DNA from: Candidatus Thorarchaeota archaeon
Lineage (GTDB): Archaea; Asgardarchaeota; Thorarchaeia; Thorarchaeales; Thorarchaeaceae
Direction of reading: 5' to 3'
Length of the DNA stretch: 64,000 bases
NCBI GenBank assembly: GCA_048882485.1
Contig: JBHLRP010000004.1
Span: 1,657-65,656 of the forward strand
The position numbers and the translations under genes are program-made. Below the pieces are notes generated by a model. It was not told where the DNA came from, made no database searches, and saw nothing but the letters and a program-made list of their open reading frames with translations. Shown here one piece after another: positions 1 through 9,096 of this stretch. The first letter of the stretch is position 1, and every line of letters starts with the position of its first letter.

Positions 1-63
1 ACGTCGACCTTATACATTGAAAGAACCTACGAGTTTACAAGAAGCCCCCATATATACGAGCAG

Positions 64-2043
64 TTGTCTTTCTATGTCAGCAGAGCCAGTGGTGAGCTAA
101 GTCCTCTTCCAGTTATGCTAGACCGGCTCCGTTGGAGAATCGAAGCTCATAAGGAGGATGTTAATGCAACTATAACTGCCGATGACCTTATGCTGTCATA
201 TCCTCCTTCTTTGCGCCACTGGACGCCTTTTACTACCTATGCTAGGTTTCGAACAGACTTCGAAAAAACAACTCTTGTTGAAGGTGGAAGATATATCCAT
301 TCTAGAACCATCATTCAAGATGGGAAGTATGAGCCACAAAATGGGGAGATATTTGGTAGATACACCTCAAAACCGTTTATCAAAGCTGGAAGATTATTCC
401 TAGCGAATTCTGTGATCACAATAGGAAAACCAGAACAGACAGCTCTCCAGCCCAGTGATTTCAAGAACGAGTGTTTCCAATTCTATCCTGGCCTGGGCTT
501 ACTCTCTCAGCCTTCGGGGGATATTGGGGTCTATCTAAGTGAAATTGACTACTGTAAACTTGGTGATTCGGCTAATTGGCTTATCCCGATAAGAAATGGC
601 CATAGCCTTCTTGGGCAAGCGCATAAAGATGCACTAATACGCCTAAGCATGCGCCTCCGTGATCAAATGATTCTGGACAGGTGGTGGCCCAAGATGAAGA
701 AAGTCAATTATCCCAAATACAGGAGAAAGTACTCTGAAGGTGAAATCTCAGTTTGTTACTCCCGCTCATTTCCAATGATGGTCTATGTATGGGCCCTTCA
801 CACAATCCACCGAGATGTTGCTAATAGATGGTGTCATTACCAAGGTGATGCTGATGTACTCTATGAAACCCTGCAGGAACTCTACGCCCACTATGGGCCT
901 TCAAGTGGTGTCCCCCATTTTGAAGACTATTGGCCTGAAAAGGGAGTTCACTATCTCTCGTGGTGTGCAGGAATCAAAGGGATGGGAATAATAAACTCGC
1001 ATGCTGATGCGCTTCATTTCGCTTGGCTTATGCGTGAGGCTAGTGAACTGTTCGGCGATTATGATACGGAGAAGAATTGGCGAGAGGTGGTTGAGAAGTA
1101 TCATCGAGGAAGCCAAGAATTGGTCAGCCATCTCCATCCTGCTCGCTACCAAGGCCAAGAATTCTGGGGAATACTCAAGTACGGTTTCGGAGGCGCTAAG
1201 ATGGAGCCTTGGTACACCAAGATAAGCCTTCAGGGGATTGCTGCTGGTTATCAACAGGCTCGATCAGCTAATATTCGCTTTGTTGATTTTGTGGAACGAG
1301 CATTTGATTGGGACTATTGCCCACACCTCAATCCTGAGAAAGAAGGGGGGAAAGAGCATTATGATGGTATCGAAGCAGGAGATGGAAACTGGTCGGCAGT
1401 ATTCGTGGCACAACTCTGTCGACTTCTACCAGCCTGTTTGAGTTTTGTTGGAAAGGGGGCTACCAATTACAGGTCGGGAATGAGTAACGCGCTGAGAATG
1501 AGTCACTATATTCGTGGTGGGGCAAGTATTCGTGAAGTGCTCACTTATGCGGAGCTTCTCGAAGCTGGCATAGAAGCGAGCCCTCATACTGACAGAAAGA
1601 AGTTCATTGTTGAGGGTGGGGACCAGCAATGGATTCTGACGAATGGCGATTTTAAATGCTTCTGGGTTCCTGGGTTCTGGGAGGAAAGGGAACCAGAGGA
1701 CGTCCCCAACCGAATGAGATTTGAAATTACCCCGAATCCCTTCCGAAGTACACCTGCCATGCGTGGAGTCGCCCGGTGGTATACCATAAGCAGAAAAGGT
1801 GATTCCCTTTTTGTTATGACGAACTCTAATACAAACCGTCCATCTTTTCTTAAATTCCCTGTTCGGCATCTAAGATACAGTATTGATTACTTAGAATATG
1901 ATCATGACAACCACCACTGGAACTATCATCAAAATGTTGATTCTGATGAACTAGTTTCCGATGGGGCTGAAATAAGAGTACCACTGGGGTATCTGCAGAG
2001 TAGATTCCTGTATATCATCGAAATTGAATCCAATGATTACTAG
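64..2043 (+). CDS. Large hypothetical soluble protein (659 aa from the first TTG). The frame stays open to window position 1, so the gene may be cut by the window edge.
   Basis: Long uninterrupted ORF. Codons 1-63 in the same frame contain no stop. Trp/aromatic-rich, no TM segment, no motif I can name. Confidence 0.6.
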   Translation: MSFYVSRASGELSPLPVMLDRLRWRIEAHKEDVNATITADDLMLSYPPSLRHWTPFTTYARFRTDFEKTTLVEGGRYIHSRTIIQDGKYEPQNGEIFGRYTSKPFIKAGRLFLANSVITIGKPEQTALQPSDFKNECFQFYPGLGLLSQPSGDIGVYLSEIDYCKLGDSANWLIPIRNGHSLLGQAHKDALIRLSMRLRDQMILDRWWPKMKKVNYPKYRRKYSEGEISVCYSRSFPMMVYVWALHTIHRDVANRWCHYQGDADVLYETLQELYAHYGPSSGVPHFEDYWPEKGVHYLSWCAGIKGMGIINSHADALHFAWLMREASELFGDYDTEKNWREVVEKYHRGSQELVSHLHPARYQGQEFWGILKYGFGGAKMEPWYTKISLQGIAAGYQQARSANIRFVDFVERAFDWDYCPHLNPEKEGGKEHYDGIEAGDGNWSAVFVAQLCRLLPACLSFVGKGATNYRSGMSNALRMSHYIRGGASIREVLTYAELLEAGIEASPHTDRKKFIVEGGDQQWILTNGDFKCFWVPGFWEEREPEDVPNRMRFEITPNPFRSTPAMRGVARWYTISRKGDSLFVMTNSNTNRPSFLKFPVRHLRYSIDYLEYDHDNHHWNYHQNVDSDELVSDGAEIRVPLGYLQSRFLYIIEIESNDY

Positions 2044-2117
2044 TTGTAGAGCAGAGCAGCAATGAACACTCCCCAGATAATTGCCATCCTCCTACCGATG
2101 CTAAGGATTTGATATTG

Positions 2118-2180
2118 AAGTGGCCAAGAGAACCCGAGTCCAAGTAAATATATCTGACGTTAATCTAAGGCTGGATTAGA
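2118..2180. repeat. Copy A of a ~63-nt intergenic direct repeat (core 'TCTGACGTTAATCTAAGGCTGGATTAGA')
   Basis: Gap-free alignment with 2748-2810 at an offset of exactly 630 nt, roughly 50/63 identical by hand count. Contains the TATA-like 'TAAATATAT'. Confidence 0.7.
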
Positions 2181-2354
2181 CCACATGGCTTGTTATGGAC
2201 GCGAAAACAAGAAGGACATGGAGAAGATTGGGAAGTGACTCCTCAATCTATACCAAAGCATCTCCAGTTTCTCGACTTGCCTCCAATCTTTATCGTGTAT
2301 TACTCCAACTGTGCATCCTAATGGAGGATAGAAGAATAACCCCTAACCTCTAAA

Positions 2355-2585
2355 CTAGCCTTTCAGTGCGCCAGCGATTGACACCACTCCAAGGATCACA
2401 ATCAGCATTGTCATTGTCATCTGGGGATTGGTGGGTACGACTCCTGTAAAGAATGCCCAGACACTACCTGCCATCTGTTGCAAGCCGTACTCTATTGTAT
2501 TGACATACCTCATGAGGAGGTCAAACGCTAGATACATTAGAATTATGGTGGAAATGGCTGAAACGCCTTTTGCTACTCCGCCCAT
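2355..2585 (-). CDS. Small membrane protein (76 aa, two hydrophobic helices)
   Basis: ATG preceded by GAGGT about 7 nt upstream. Two clear hydrophobic segments. Confidence 0.5.
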   Translation of the reverse strand: MGGVAKGVSAISTIILMYLAFDLLMRYVNTIEYGLQQMAGSVWAFFTGVVPTNPQMTMTMLIVILGVVSIAGALKG

Positions 2586-2747
2586 TATGAATACCTCAAA
2601 TCTATAGTTTGCTGCGGATACTTATCTATAGTCTCGATGAATGAAACACCCTTTGGTCATTATTGGGTGAATGGCGGGCGGCGGCAAGTGGCTAGAGCGA
2701 TTGGTTATTCGCATCCTGACTGGGTTGAGAGGTAACCTAGACTCCTC

Positions 2748-2810
2748 AAGTGGCCAACTGAACCTGAATCTTTCTGAATATGTCTGACGTTAATTTAAGG
2801 CTAGAATAGA
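2748..2810. repeat. Copy B of the ~63-nt direct repeat, ending about 15 nt upstream of the gelsolin start codon
   Basis: See copy A. Core 'TCTGACGTTAATTTAAGGCTAGAATAGA'. The 'GACATGGAG' start context is also shared (2215-2223 vs 2822-2830). Confidence 0.7.
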
Positions 2811-2824
2811 ACATCATTTTCGAC

Positions 2825-3415
2825 ATGGAGCCAACAGTTTTTCACATTCAGAAAGGCCGCCTAGTGAGAATGAAAGACCCAGGCGCATTTGGGAGAGGCG
2901 ATTGCTACCTCGTTGATGCAGGTCCCAAGATCTATCTTTGGATAGGCCCCAACTCTTCAGTTGATGAGAAGTTCCTCACTGCAGCGTCGGCAGTCTTCAA
3001 GGACACTGAACGAAAAGGTCATGCGGACATTGATCGGATTGATGGTGGTCAAGAACCTGACGAGTTCAAGGCACTCTTTGATGACTTCCAGCTGACTGAT
3101 GAAGATACAGAAGGCATCCTGAAGAAAGTGCAACTAGAAACCCATGAACACAGACTCTGGAGAGTCCATCGTGAAGGAGATGATACGTTTTTTGCGGAGG
3201 TTCCTGTGACCCGTGATTCTCTAAGAAGCGATGATGTGTTTCTACTAGATGCATGGGATGACATCTATGTCTGGCGAGGATCAGCAGCCAGTGCAAGAGA
3301 GAAATTTGATGGCACAATCTTAGCCCGACAATATGATGCCGAACGCGTGGGAGTTCAAGAGATAGAACTCATTGAGGAAGGAAGCGAACCAAGCGAGTTC
3401 TGGAGGTCCTTCTAG
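2825..3415 (+). CDS. Two-domain gelsolin/villin-homology protein (196 aa)
   Basis: Two tandem gelsolin repeats: 'GDCYLVDAGPKIYLWIGPNSSVDEKFLTAASA...GQEPDEFKALF' and 'RLWRV...SDDVFLLDAWDDIYVWRGSAASAREKF...EGSEPSEFWRSF'. Confidence 0.85.
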   Translation: MEPTVFHIQKGRLVRMKDPGAFGRGDCYLVDAGPKIYLWIGPNSSVDEKFLTAASAVFKDTERKGHADIDRIDGGQEPDEFKALFDDFQLTDEDTEGILKKVQLETHEHRLWRVHREGDDTFFAEVPVTRDSLRSDDVFLLDAWDDIYVWRGSAASAREKFDGTILARQYDAERVGVQEIELIEEGSEPSEFWRSF

Positions 3416-3426
3416 TCGTATCGCCT

Positions 3427-4866
3427 TTACACTAGCCTATAATGACCGACTCGGGGTTCGTAGAGAACCCCGCTATCTTTCATCTTCTCTAGTGCTTCAG
3501 CTGCAACATATCGTTCTACACCAGCCTCCGCAGCTATTTCGTCCAATGTAGGACCAAGGAATCCACTTGCGCCAGTGTCCAGCTTCTTCAACGCGCGGAG
3601 CACCTTAGTGTTGAACCTGTGAATTGGTCGATCCTTGCCCCAATCTCGTTCAGTTTCACTCTTGAGTTGAGTGAGTTCCATGAATTCCTTCAACGCAGGC
3701 TCGAGCACTCTGTCCCACGATCGTTTGATATCTGCAGTTGCTATCTTATCTTTCCAATATGCCCTTGCTGTAGAACGGGCAAGTCGTATTGCTCCAAGGG
3801 GCCTTCCATAAGCGTCGGCATCCAAGATGTGGCCTCTAGCAAATGCAGAGTCATCAAGCCCAAAGCTCTCCCTTAGACCTTCTAGCTTGGACAGGATGTG
3901 CCTTGTGCTAGACTCAATACTCCGCTTTGATATCACAGGGGTCATCATTTGGAAAGTAATTGCTGACTTTAGTATCGGGAGTCTGAGATGGGATGGGTTT
4001 GTGGTTTCAATCCAGAAGTCCTCTGATGCCAAGGCAATCGGCACATCAGGCAAGGCCGCGGTCTCTTGAGTTGTGAGGGCGCCCAAGGAGACTTCCCTAA
4101 AACCAGATCTATCTTGCCGACTCACACAAAGCTCTTCCATTCCCTTTTTGCCAGGATGCCCAATGTCCAGTCTCCATATCCGGGGAGTGGACACCCTGAT
4201 GCCACTCACATTCCGAGTTTCAGCCCACTTTCCGCGAAAGGTAGCGGGCAAGATTTGACGCATGAACCTCATTAGTCGTTGAACCTGGGGTTTGGACGCT
4301 ATTGCTTGAATTCCTGCGGTAAGACCTCCGATACTCTCCTGAAAGGGAGGGCTTGATACAAATAGACGGGCGAACACCTGCTTGCTCGCTTCAGCCATAC
4401 CGACATTTTCGAACAAGAGACGAGAGAGACCCTTGAGATTCATGGGTGGATGTATGTCTGCTAGATAATCTTCCGTCGATTGCTCAAAAGATTCTGCTAA
4501 TATCGCGGCTGGAGAAGGCTTGTTACGCTCCAAATAGTCTGGAAAAGCGACCCGTTTACCTGTGACTTCAATCCTTGCACCTTCGTTCGGGGGTTCAACA
4601 TCATCAGGCAGTTGGACGAAAACACCTTCAACCAGCCATGGACTTGGAGTCAGAAGAATGCGAAACTTATCAGACGTATATCGAACAAACCCATGATAGC
4701 GATATCCCCCTCCAGATAATCGATGCTTGAACTGCTGTTGCAGATTAAGCTCCCATCTGGCAAGCTCAGAACCAAATTGTCGGTTGAAGACGTCACTCGC
4801 AGCACTCACATCTGACAGTCTATCTTCTGATTTGCCAAGATGGCTGTAGATGTCTTCGAAGCTCAT
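3427..4866 (-). CDS. Hypothetical protein with a C-terminal winged-helix domain. It may be a degenerate MCM/AAA+-like protein lacking ATPase motifs.
   Basis: C-terminal 'GPTLDEIAAEAGVERYVAAEALEKMKDSGVLYEPRVGHYRLV' is wH-like. 'GRPLGAIRLARSTARAYWKDKIATADIKRSWDRV' resembles an MCM lid helix. No Walker A/B visible. The gene ends 60 nt from the methyltransferase gene on the same strand. Confidence 0.6.
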   Translation of the reverse strand: MSFEDIYSHLGKSEDRLSDVSAASDVFNRQFGSELARWELNLQQQFKHRLSGGGYRYHGFVRYTSDKFRILLTPSPWLVEGVFVQLPDDVEPPNEGARIEVTGKRVAFPDYLERNKPSPAAILAESFEQSTEDYLADIHPPMNLKGLSRLLFENVGMAEASKQVFARLFVSSPPFQESIGGLTAGIQAIASKPQVQRLMRFMRQILPATFRGKWAETRNVSGIRVSTPRIWRLDIGHPGKKGMEELCVSRQDRSGFREVSLGALTTQETAALPDVPIALASEDFWIETTNPSHLRLPILKSAITFQMMTPVISKRSIESSTRHILSKLEGLRESFGLDDSAFARGHILDADAYGRPLGAIRLARSTARAYWKDKIATADIKRSWDRVLEPALKEFMELTQLKSETERDWGKDRPIHRFNTKVLRALKKLDTGASGFLGPTLDEIAAEAGVERYVAAEALEKMKDSGVLYEPRVGHYRLV

Positions 4867-4925
4867 TGCCTGGCCTCCAAGCTATTCATCCGGTGTCGTT
4901 CACATTCATAGTCGTGTGCAACGCT

Positions 4926-5897
4926 TTACCTTTTCTCCTCCTTCTCTCTTCGAAGGTACTCACGATAGGCGATTGGATATTCCTCTGCTAGCTCTTCGAT
5001 TGTTGGAAGACGGCTTGCATAAGGAGTATAGGATTCACCTTGAGCCACTGAGGATATTTCAGAGTCAATCACTGGCTTGAGCCTCTCGTTAATCTCATAT
5101 CCGATATAGTGTCTCCAGTTAGACTTAGCTGCAACAGCTGTGGTGCCATTGCCCATGAAAGGATCAAGAATTAGGTCTCCGGGCATAGAGGAGTAGTCAA
5201 TGCATCTGGCAACTACTTCTAAAGGAAGTTTGGTGCTGTTCTTGATTTCTCCGGCTCTGTACCTACGTTTTACTGGCCATACGTCCTCAGGATAGTGTTC
5301 TATCTTGTTGAAGAAGTAACTCTTTAGATTCTTGACCAATAGCAGGATATGGTAATGACTAGTGACGAACCGCCTCTTAGTGAATACTCCGAAAGGATAG
5401 TGCCAGACAATGTGATTCAGTGTTGAGAGCCCAAACTCTCTTGCACTCCTCAATACTGGTTCTAGATTCGTCCACCCACTGAAAATGTAGACAGATCCTT
5501 CATCCTTGAGAACTCGTGGCAACTCGCTGATCCATCTTTTCGTGAATTCAACATAGGATCCATTTACTTCTTCATAGTCTTTAACAACTAGCCTCTCATC
5601 TCTGTTGTATACACTACTCTTCCCATTAAAGTCGATACCAAATGGAGGATCAGCTATCACTAAGTCAATGGACCCTTCTGGAAGCTCTCCTATACCCTGA
5701 ATGCAGTCTTCATAGAATACTTTGTTTAACTCGAGTTCCTGCGCAGCTCCAACACGAGCATCATAGAGCGCTCTGGCTTCATCTATTGTCCAGTCATGGG
5801 CGGGTTCGAAGTAGAACTCGGCAAGATTCGGTATGTACGGTTTAGACCGCCGCCGAGCAGGCGATTTCTCTTCTCCTTCTTCAGTGTGGACTGTCAT
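4926..5897 (-). CDS. Beta-class DNA amino-methyltransferase (N6-adenine or N4-cytosine; the DPPF motif favours m6A)
   Basis: Motif IV 'DLVIADPPFGIDF' lies upstream of motif I 'LILDPFMGNGTTAVAA', which is the beta-class order. Confidence 0.85.
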   Translation of the reverse strand: MTVHTEEGEEKSPARRRSKPYIPNLAEFYFEPAHDWTIDEARALYDARVGAAQELELNKVFYEDCIQGIGELPEGSIDLVIADPPFGIDFNGKSSVYNRDERLVVKDYEEVNGSYVEFTKRWISELPRVLKDEGSVYIFSGWTNLEPVLRSAREFGLSTLNHIVWHYPFGVFTKRRFVTSHYHILLLVKNLKSYFFNKIEHYPEDVWPVKRRYRAGEIKNSTKLPLEVVARCIDYSSMPGDLILDPFMGNGTTAVAAKSNWRHYIGYEINERLKPVIDSEISSVAQGESYTPYASRLPTIEELAEEYPIAYREYLRREKEEKR

Positions 5898-5967
5898 GAG
5901 GAGCCTCGCTCCCTAGTCACACATGGACCTCTTAAAGCATGTGTCTTATCATCGGATTGAGCGCTGT

Positions 5968-7056
5968 TCACATCAGTTCTGACGGGTCGACTCCTCTTGC
6001 AATCGCTTTTTCTGTCATCCAGTCCATGAACTTCTCTGGTGGTGCCCGTTCTCCCCTATCGGGTCGGGCCACAAGTTGAAGAGCACCCTCAGGACAGGAT
6101 ATGGCACATACTCCGCATCCAACGCAACGATCCGTATTTACAACACCAATGTCCTCAGGAACATCAAGTGCCGCAAATTGACATCTATCCACACATGTGC
6201 CGCATCCTGTGCAAAGGTCGTTGTCGACCTCCATCAGGAAGTCAGATTTGACAAATGCGTAGGGCTGTTCATGCTGTGTAAGTCCTCTTAGTACACCGCA
6301 ACAGCAGGTACAGCAGTTGCAGATGTATGTTTGACCGGTCTGAATATTCATGCTACAGTGGACAAGTCCAGCCTCCTCTGCATCTTTCAGGATCTTCAGG
6401 GCTTCCTCTTTTGTGACCACTCTTGTAAGTTCGTCATCATCATAGGCATTCTCCCTCTTGGGAGCAAACATGAGACAAACAGAGGTCGGATAGCTACAGG
6501 GCTCACCCAGTAGTTCTTTCTGCCTCTTGCAGATACACTCCCTTACACCCCAAGACTTTGCGGTCTCAATGAGATGCTCCGCCCTCTCATATGGATAGAT
6601 CTCAAGGTCAGTTTGTACAGCGCTGTTTACGGGTATTACCTTGAAGATGGGAGGCTCCGTAGAGAACATATCGCCAATTCCTTTCGCTGCATTGTAATAG
6701 TCCTCAAAAAGCTGGGCAAGTGCTTCGTCCATTCTGCCTAGCTGCTCTTCGTATATTCCTACAGCAAACGGAATCAGAGCGTATCTTCTCCCCGTGCTTG
6801 AGTTCCAAGCACGAATCTGGCCTTTTTCAGCCATTGTTTCCAGTAGCTCCTTTAGAGCTGCAGGGTCCCGGTCGAGCCGGTCACTAAGATCCTCAATGGT
6901 TTCACCCATCAGCTTCATCTGGCCCGCCAAATCGGCCTCAGACTCCTCGAAAATCCACTTAAGTAGCCTGATGTGACTCCTATCTGGGACTGGGGGAAAT
7001 CCATTTGGGACTTTATCTAGTGTTGCTGCAAGTCGTTCATACGCTTCATCTGACAT
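5968..7056 (-). CDS. Fe-S protein with two 4Fe-4S ferredoxin motifs and an N-terminal HTH-like region
   Basis: 'CTGCGTCVDRCQ', 'CVGCGVCAISCP' and the Cys-rich 'CNCCTCCCGVL'. I moved the start to the internal ATG (M18 of the ORF track), which has a GGAG upstream and removes the overlap with the upstream gene. Confidence 0.75.
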   Translation of the reverse strand: MSDEAYERLAATLDKVPNGFPPVPDRSHIRLLKWIFEESEADLAGQMKLMGETIEDLSDRLDRDPAALKELLETMAEKGQIRAWNSSTGRRYALIPFAVGIYEEQLGRMDEALAQLFEDYYNAAKGIGDMFSTEPPIFKVIPVNSAVQTDLEIYPYERAEHLIETAKSWGVRECICKRQKELLGEPCSYPTSVCLMFAPKRENAYDDDELTRVVTKEEALKILKDAEEAGLVHCSMNIQTGQTYICNCCTCCCGVLRGLTQHEQPYAFVKSDFLMEVDNDLCTGCGTCVDRCQFAALDVPEDIGVVNTDRCVGCGVCAISCPEGALQLVARPDRGERAPPEKFMDWMTEKAIARGVDPSELM

Positions 7057-7078
7057 TGTTGCGCTCTCCTCTTTCTTA

Positions 7079-8410
7079 CTATTCTGGGCATTCCAAGGTA
7101 ATTCCAAGAGGGCTTAGTTCCTCATTGACTTTGACTAAGGTCTCTTGACAGCTATGACCTTTGCCCAACAGCACATGCGTCAAGGTCATCTGATATGGTG
7201 GCAGAAAGGGAATATCACTGGCGTTTAAAATGCTCTGGTATCCGTGTCTTATCTTCTCATCCTGGAGAAAGGCTTCCATTTGCGGTAGAGTGCTCCCATT
7301 CTCCAATAGCATGTTTCTGATTTTTTCAAGGAAAAGGTCCTTTGGAACATTTACAGACTCTCCGTAGAGCCGTTTGACATTCTTCTCAAACCATTCACGA
7401 ACTCGGTCAACCCTGCAATATGGAAGGACCACTACCTCTTCTTCTCCATAGGGCATTATGCGAACAAGGCTTTTCTTCTCCGCAGAGAATACAAAATCGG
7501 GCAGATTACTGAAGCCTACTTCTGAGATGTCCAAGCCTCTTTCTTGGAGTTCTTCATTTAATTTGGGTAGTGTGAAAGGGTGTCCTTCATCAATTCCTTC
7601 CTCGACCACTCGAACAAGGAAGTCAAACGCCTCTCTGTTCTCTTCAGAGAGTTTCGACATCTCATCTGAGAGCGTGTCAGGGATCTTCAAAATAGTCCCA
7701 GGCAGTTCTCCCTCTTTGACGATGTAGCCCTCAGATTCAGCCCATCCCACAAACTCATTCCAACTCAGAAATCCAAGCTCTCTCTCGCTAAAGCCGGGAT
7801 TGAGTGAGGACATGACATACTTCACATTTCCAATGCCTGGCTTATTCCCTGCCTCTATTATTGTCTGGACTGCATCCTGAAGCTTCCCGCCTATAATGCG
7901 TCTCATCTCAGTGATGCTTCGAACTCGCTCTTGGCAATCTCCGACATCAGGACAGTCCAATGATATTCTCCTGAAAGAATGTATGTCTGTATACTTGGTC
8001 GCTAGGTCAGTGAGTTCGCTTGCAGTGATGATTGGATTACTTATGATCCAAAGACCAAGCCCGCGTTGCCGAATTGCTCCTGCAATGAGCTTGAAATCGC
8101 CATCACCTGTGATCATGACATAGCAGGTTGTTTCGGGGTAATGGACCATATGATCCATGATGTATGCGGCCATCTTGTAATCCGCAGCATTGTCTCTGCT
8201 ATCAGGCACATGGATTACATCGTAGCCTAGGTTATGTAGCTCCTCCGCCATCCGTCGTCGATTGGTCCAATCAGCAAAGGCGTAAGCCTTTACGAGTGTT
8301 CCGGCTTCACGAATCCTATCAGTCAGCTCTCTATGTGTGCCGAAGTCTTCATGGACGTTCTCAAAGTCCCAGAAGACAGAGAGATGATTTCTGGATTCAG
8401 CATCAGACAT
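7079..8410 (-). CDS. NYN (LabA-like PIN-fold) nuclease domain protein with C-terminal OST-HTH/LOTUS repeats
   Basis: 'VFWDFENV..YAFADW..ITGDGDFKLIAGAIRQRG' (NYN). Then 'GNVKYVMSSLNPGFSERELGFLSWNEFVGWAESEGYIV' and 'FTLPKLNEELQERGLDISEVGFSNLPDFVFSAEKKSLVRI' (LOTUS-like). Start set at the ATG at 8410. Confidence 0.75.
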   Translation of the reverse strand: MSDAESRNHLSVFWDFENVHEDFGTHRELTDRIREAGTLVKAYAFADWTNRRRMAEELHNLGYDVIHVPDSRDNAADYKMAAYIMDHMVHYPETTCYVMITGDGDFKLIAGAIRQRGLGLWIISNPIITASELTDLATKYTDIHSFRRISLDCPDVGDCQERVRSITEMRRIIGGKLQDAVQTIIEAGNKPGIGNVKYVMSSLNPGFSERELGFLSWNEFVGWAESEGYIVKEGELPGTILKIPDTLSDEMSKLSEENREAFDFLVRVVEEGIDEGHPFTLPKLNEELQERGLDISEVGFSNLPDFVFSAEKKSLVRIMPYGEEEVVVLPYCRVDRVREWFEKNVKRLYGESVNVPKDLFLEKIRNMLLENGSTLPQMEAFLQDEKIRHGYQSILNASDIPFLPPYQMTLTHVLLGKGHSCQETLVKVNEELSPLGITLECPE

Positions 8411-8672
8411 CAATTGCCACCAAGCATGGAGCAGGAGTGGATTGGCCTATAAACACTACTGCACCCTTGGAATAAGTATAACATGAAAGAGTCATTTGTC
8501 AGGCGTAATATGCATCGCATACCTGATATCATCAATGGAGATAAGAAGATTGGAGAAGGAAACTCTAGCAGATGCTTAAAACGCAGCAGAGGAGCTTACA
8601 GAGAGAGGGGATGTAGGCTTCTTTGGAGCGACCTCGCTACTTGCCACTTAGAAAAAGCAAGGAAATACATAA

Positions 8673-8969
8673 CTACTCCATGCAGTCCATGTCCTCTGGA
8701 ACACAATGAGTTGGATGATTCACACATTCCAAGAACTGCTTGAATGTGATAGGTGGATAGCCCATCTCATGACGACGAGTATTATCCAAGAGAAAAGCCT
8801 CATAGACTTCAAGCTCATGGACTCGGTTGTCCATGGCGGACTCAATGGCTTGTTCTCTGTCAGAATAGAATGTCCACATTGCACCACATCCCTCAAATCC
8901 CCAGACTCTCTTTGGTACAGGAGAGTGAGGGCTGGTTTGGTGTGGGGCTTTGTCCTGAGCGTGTTTCAT
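8673..8969 (-). CDS. Hypothetical protein (98 aa)
   Basis: Only an ORF with natural-looking composition. Competing overlapping + strand ORFs exist. Confidence 0.35.
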   Translation of the reverse strand: MKHAQDKAPHQTSPHSPVPKRVWGFEGCGAMWTFYSDREQAIESAMDNRVHELEVYEAFLLDNTRRHEMGYPPITFKQFLECVNHPTHCVPEDMDCME

Positions 8970-9096
8970 CACGTTCGTCCTGCCTTGCGTCCTAGCTTTA
9001 CACAGTGTACTTCATACAGTAATAAGGTGTAAGCTAGAGGAACTTTCACCTCGACTTCGGGCAACAGTTAAGAACATCACAAGCTCTTCTCAAAGC

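Noticed and set aside
2044-5897. Integrated mobile element bounded by the 63-nt direct repeats and carrying the methyltransferase
   Set aside because: The two repeats bracket only the small membrane-protein gene, not the methyltransferase. There is no integrase, no tRNA target and no terminal inverted repeats. The repeat looks like promoter-region sequence.
8483-9032. Plus-strand ORFs 8483-8743, 8706-9032 and 8753-8995
   Set aside because: They overlap each other and the minus-strand ORF 8673-8969. None has a motif or RBS. I kept only the minus-strand ORF, and at low confidence.
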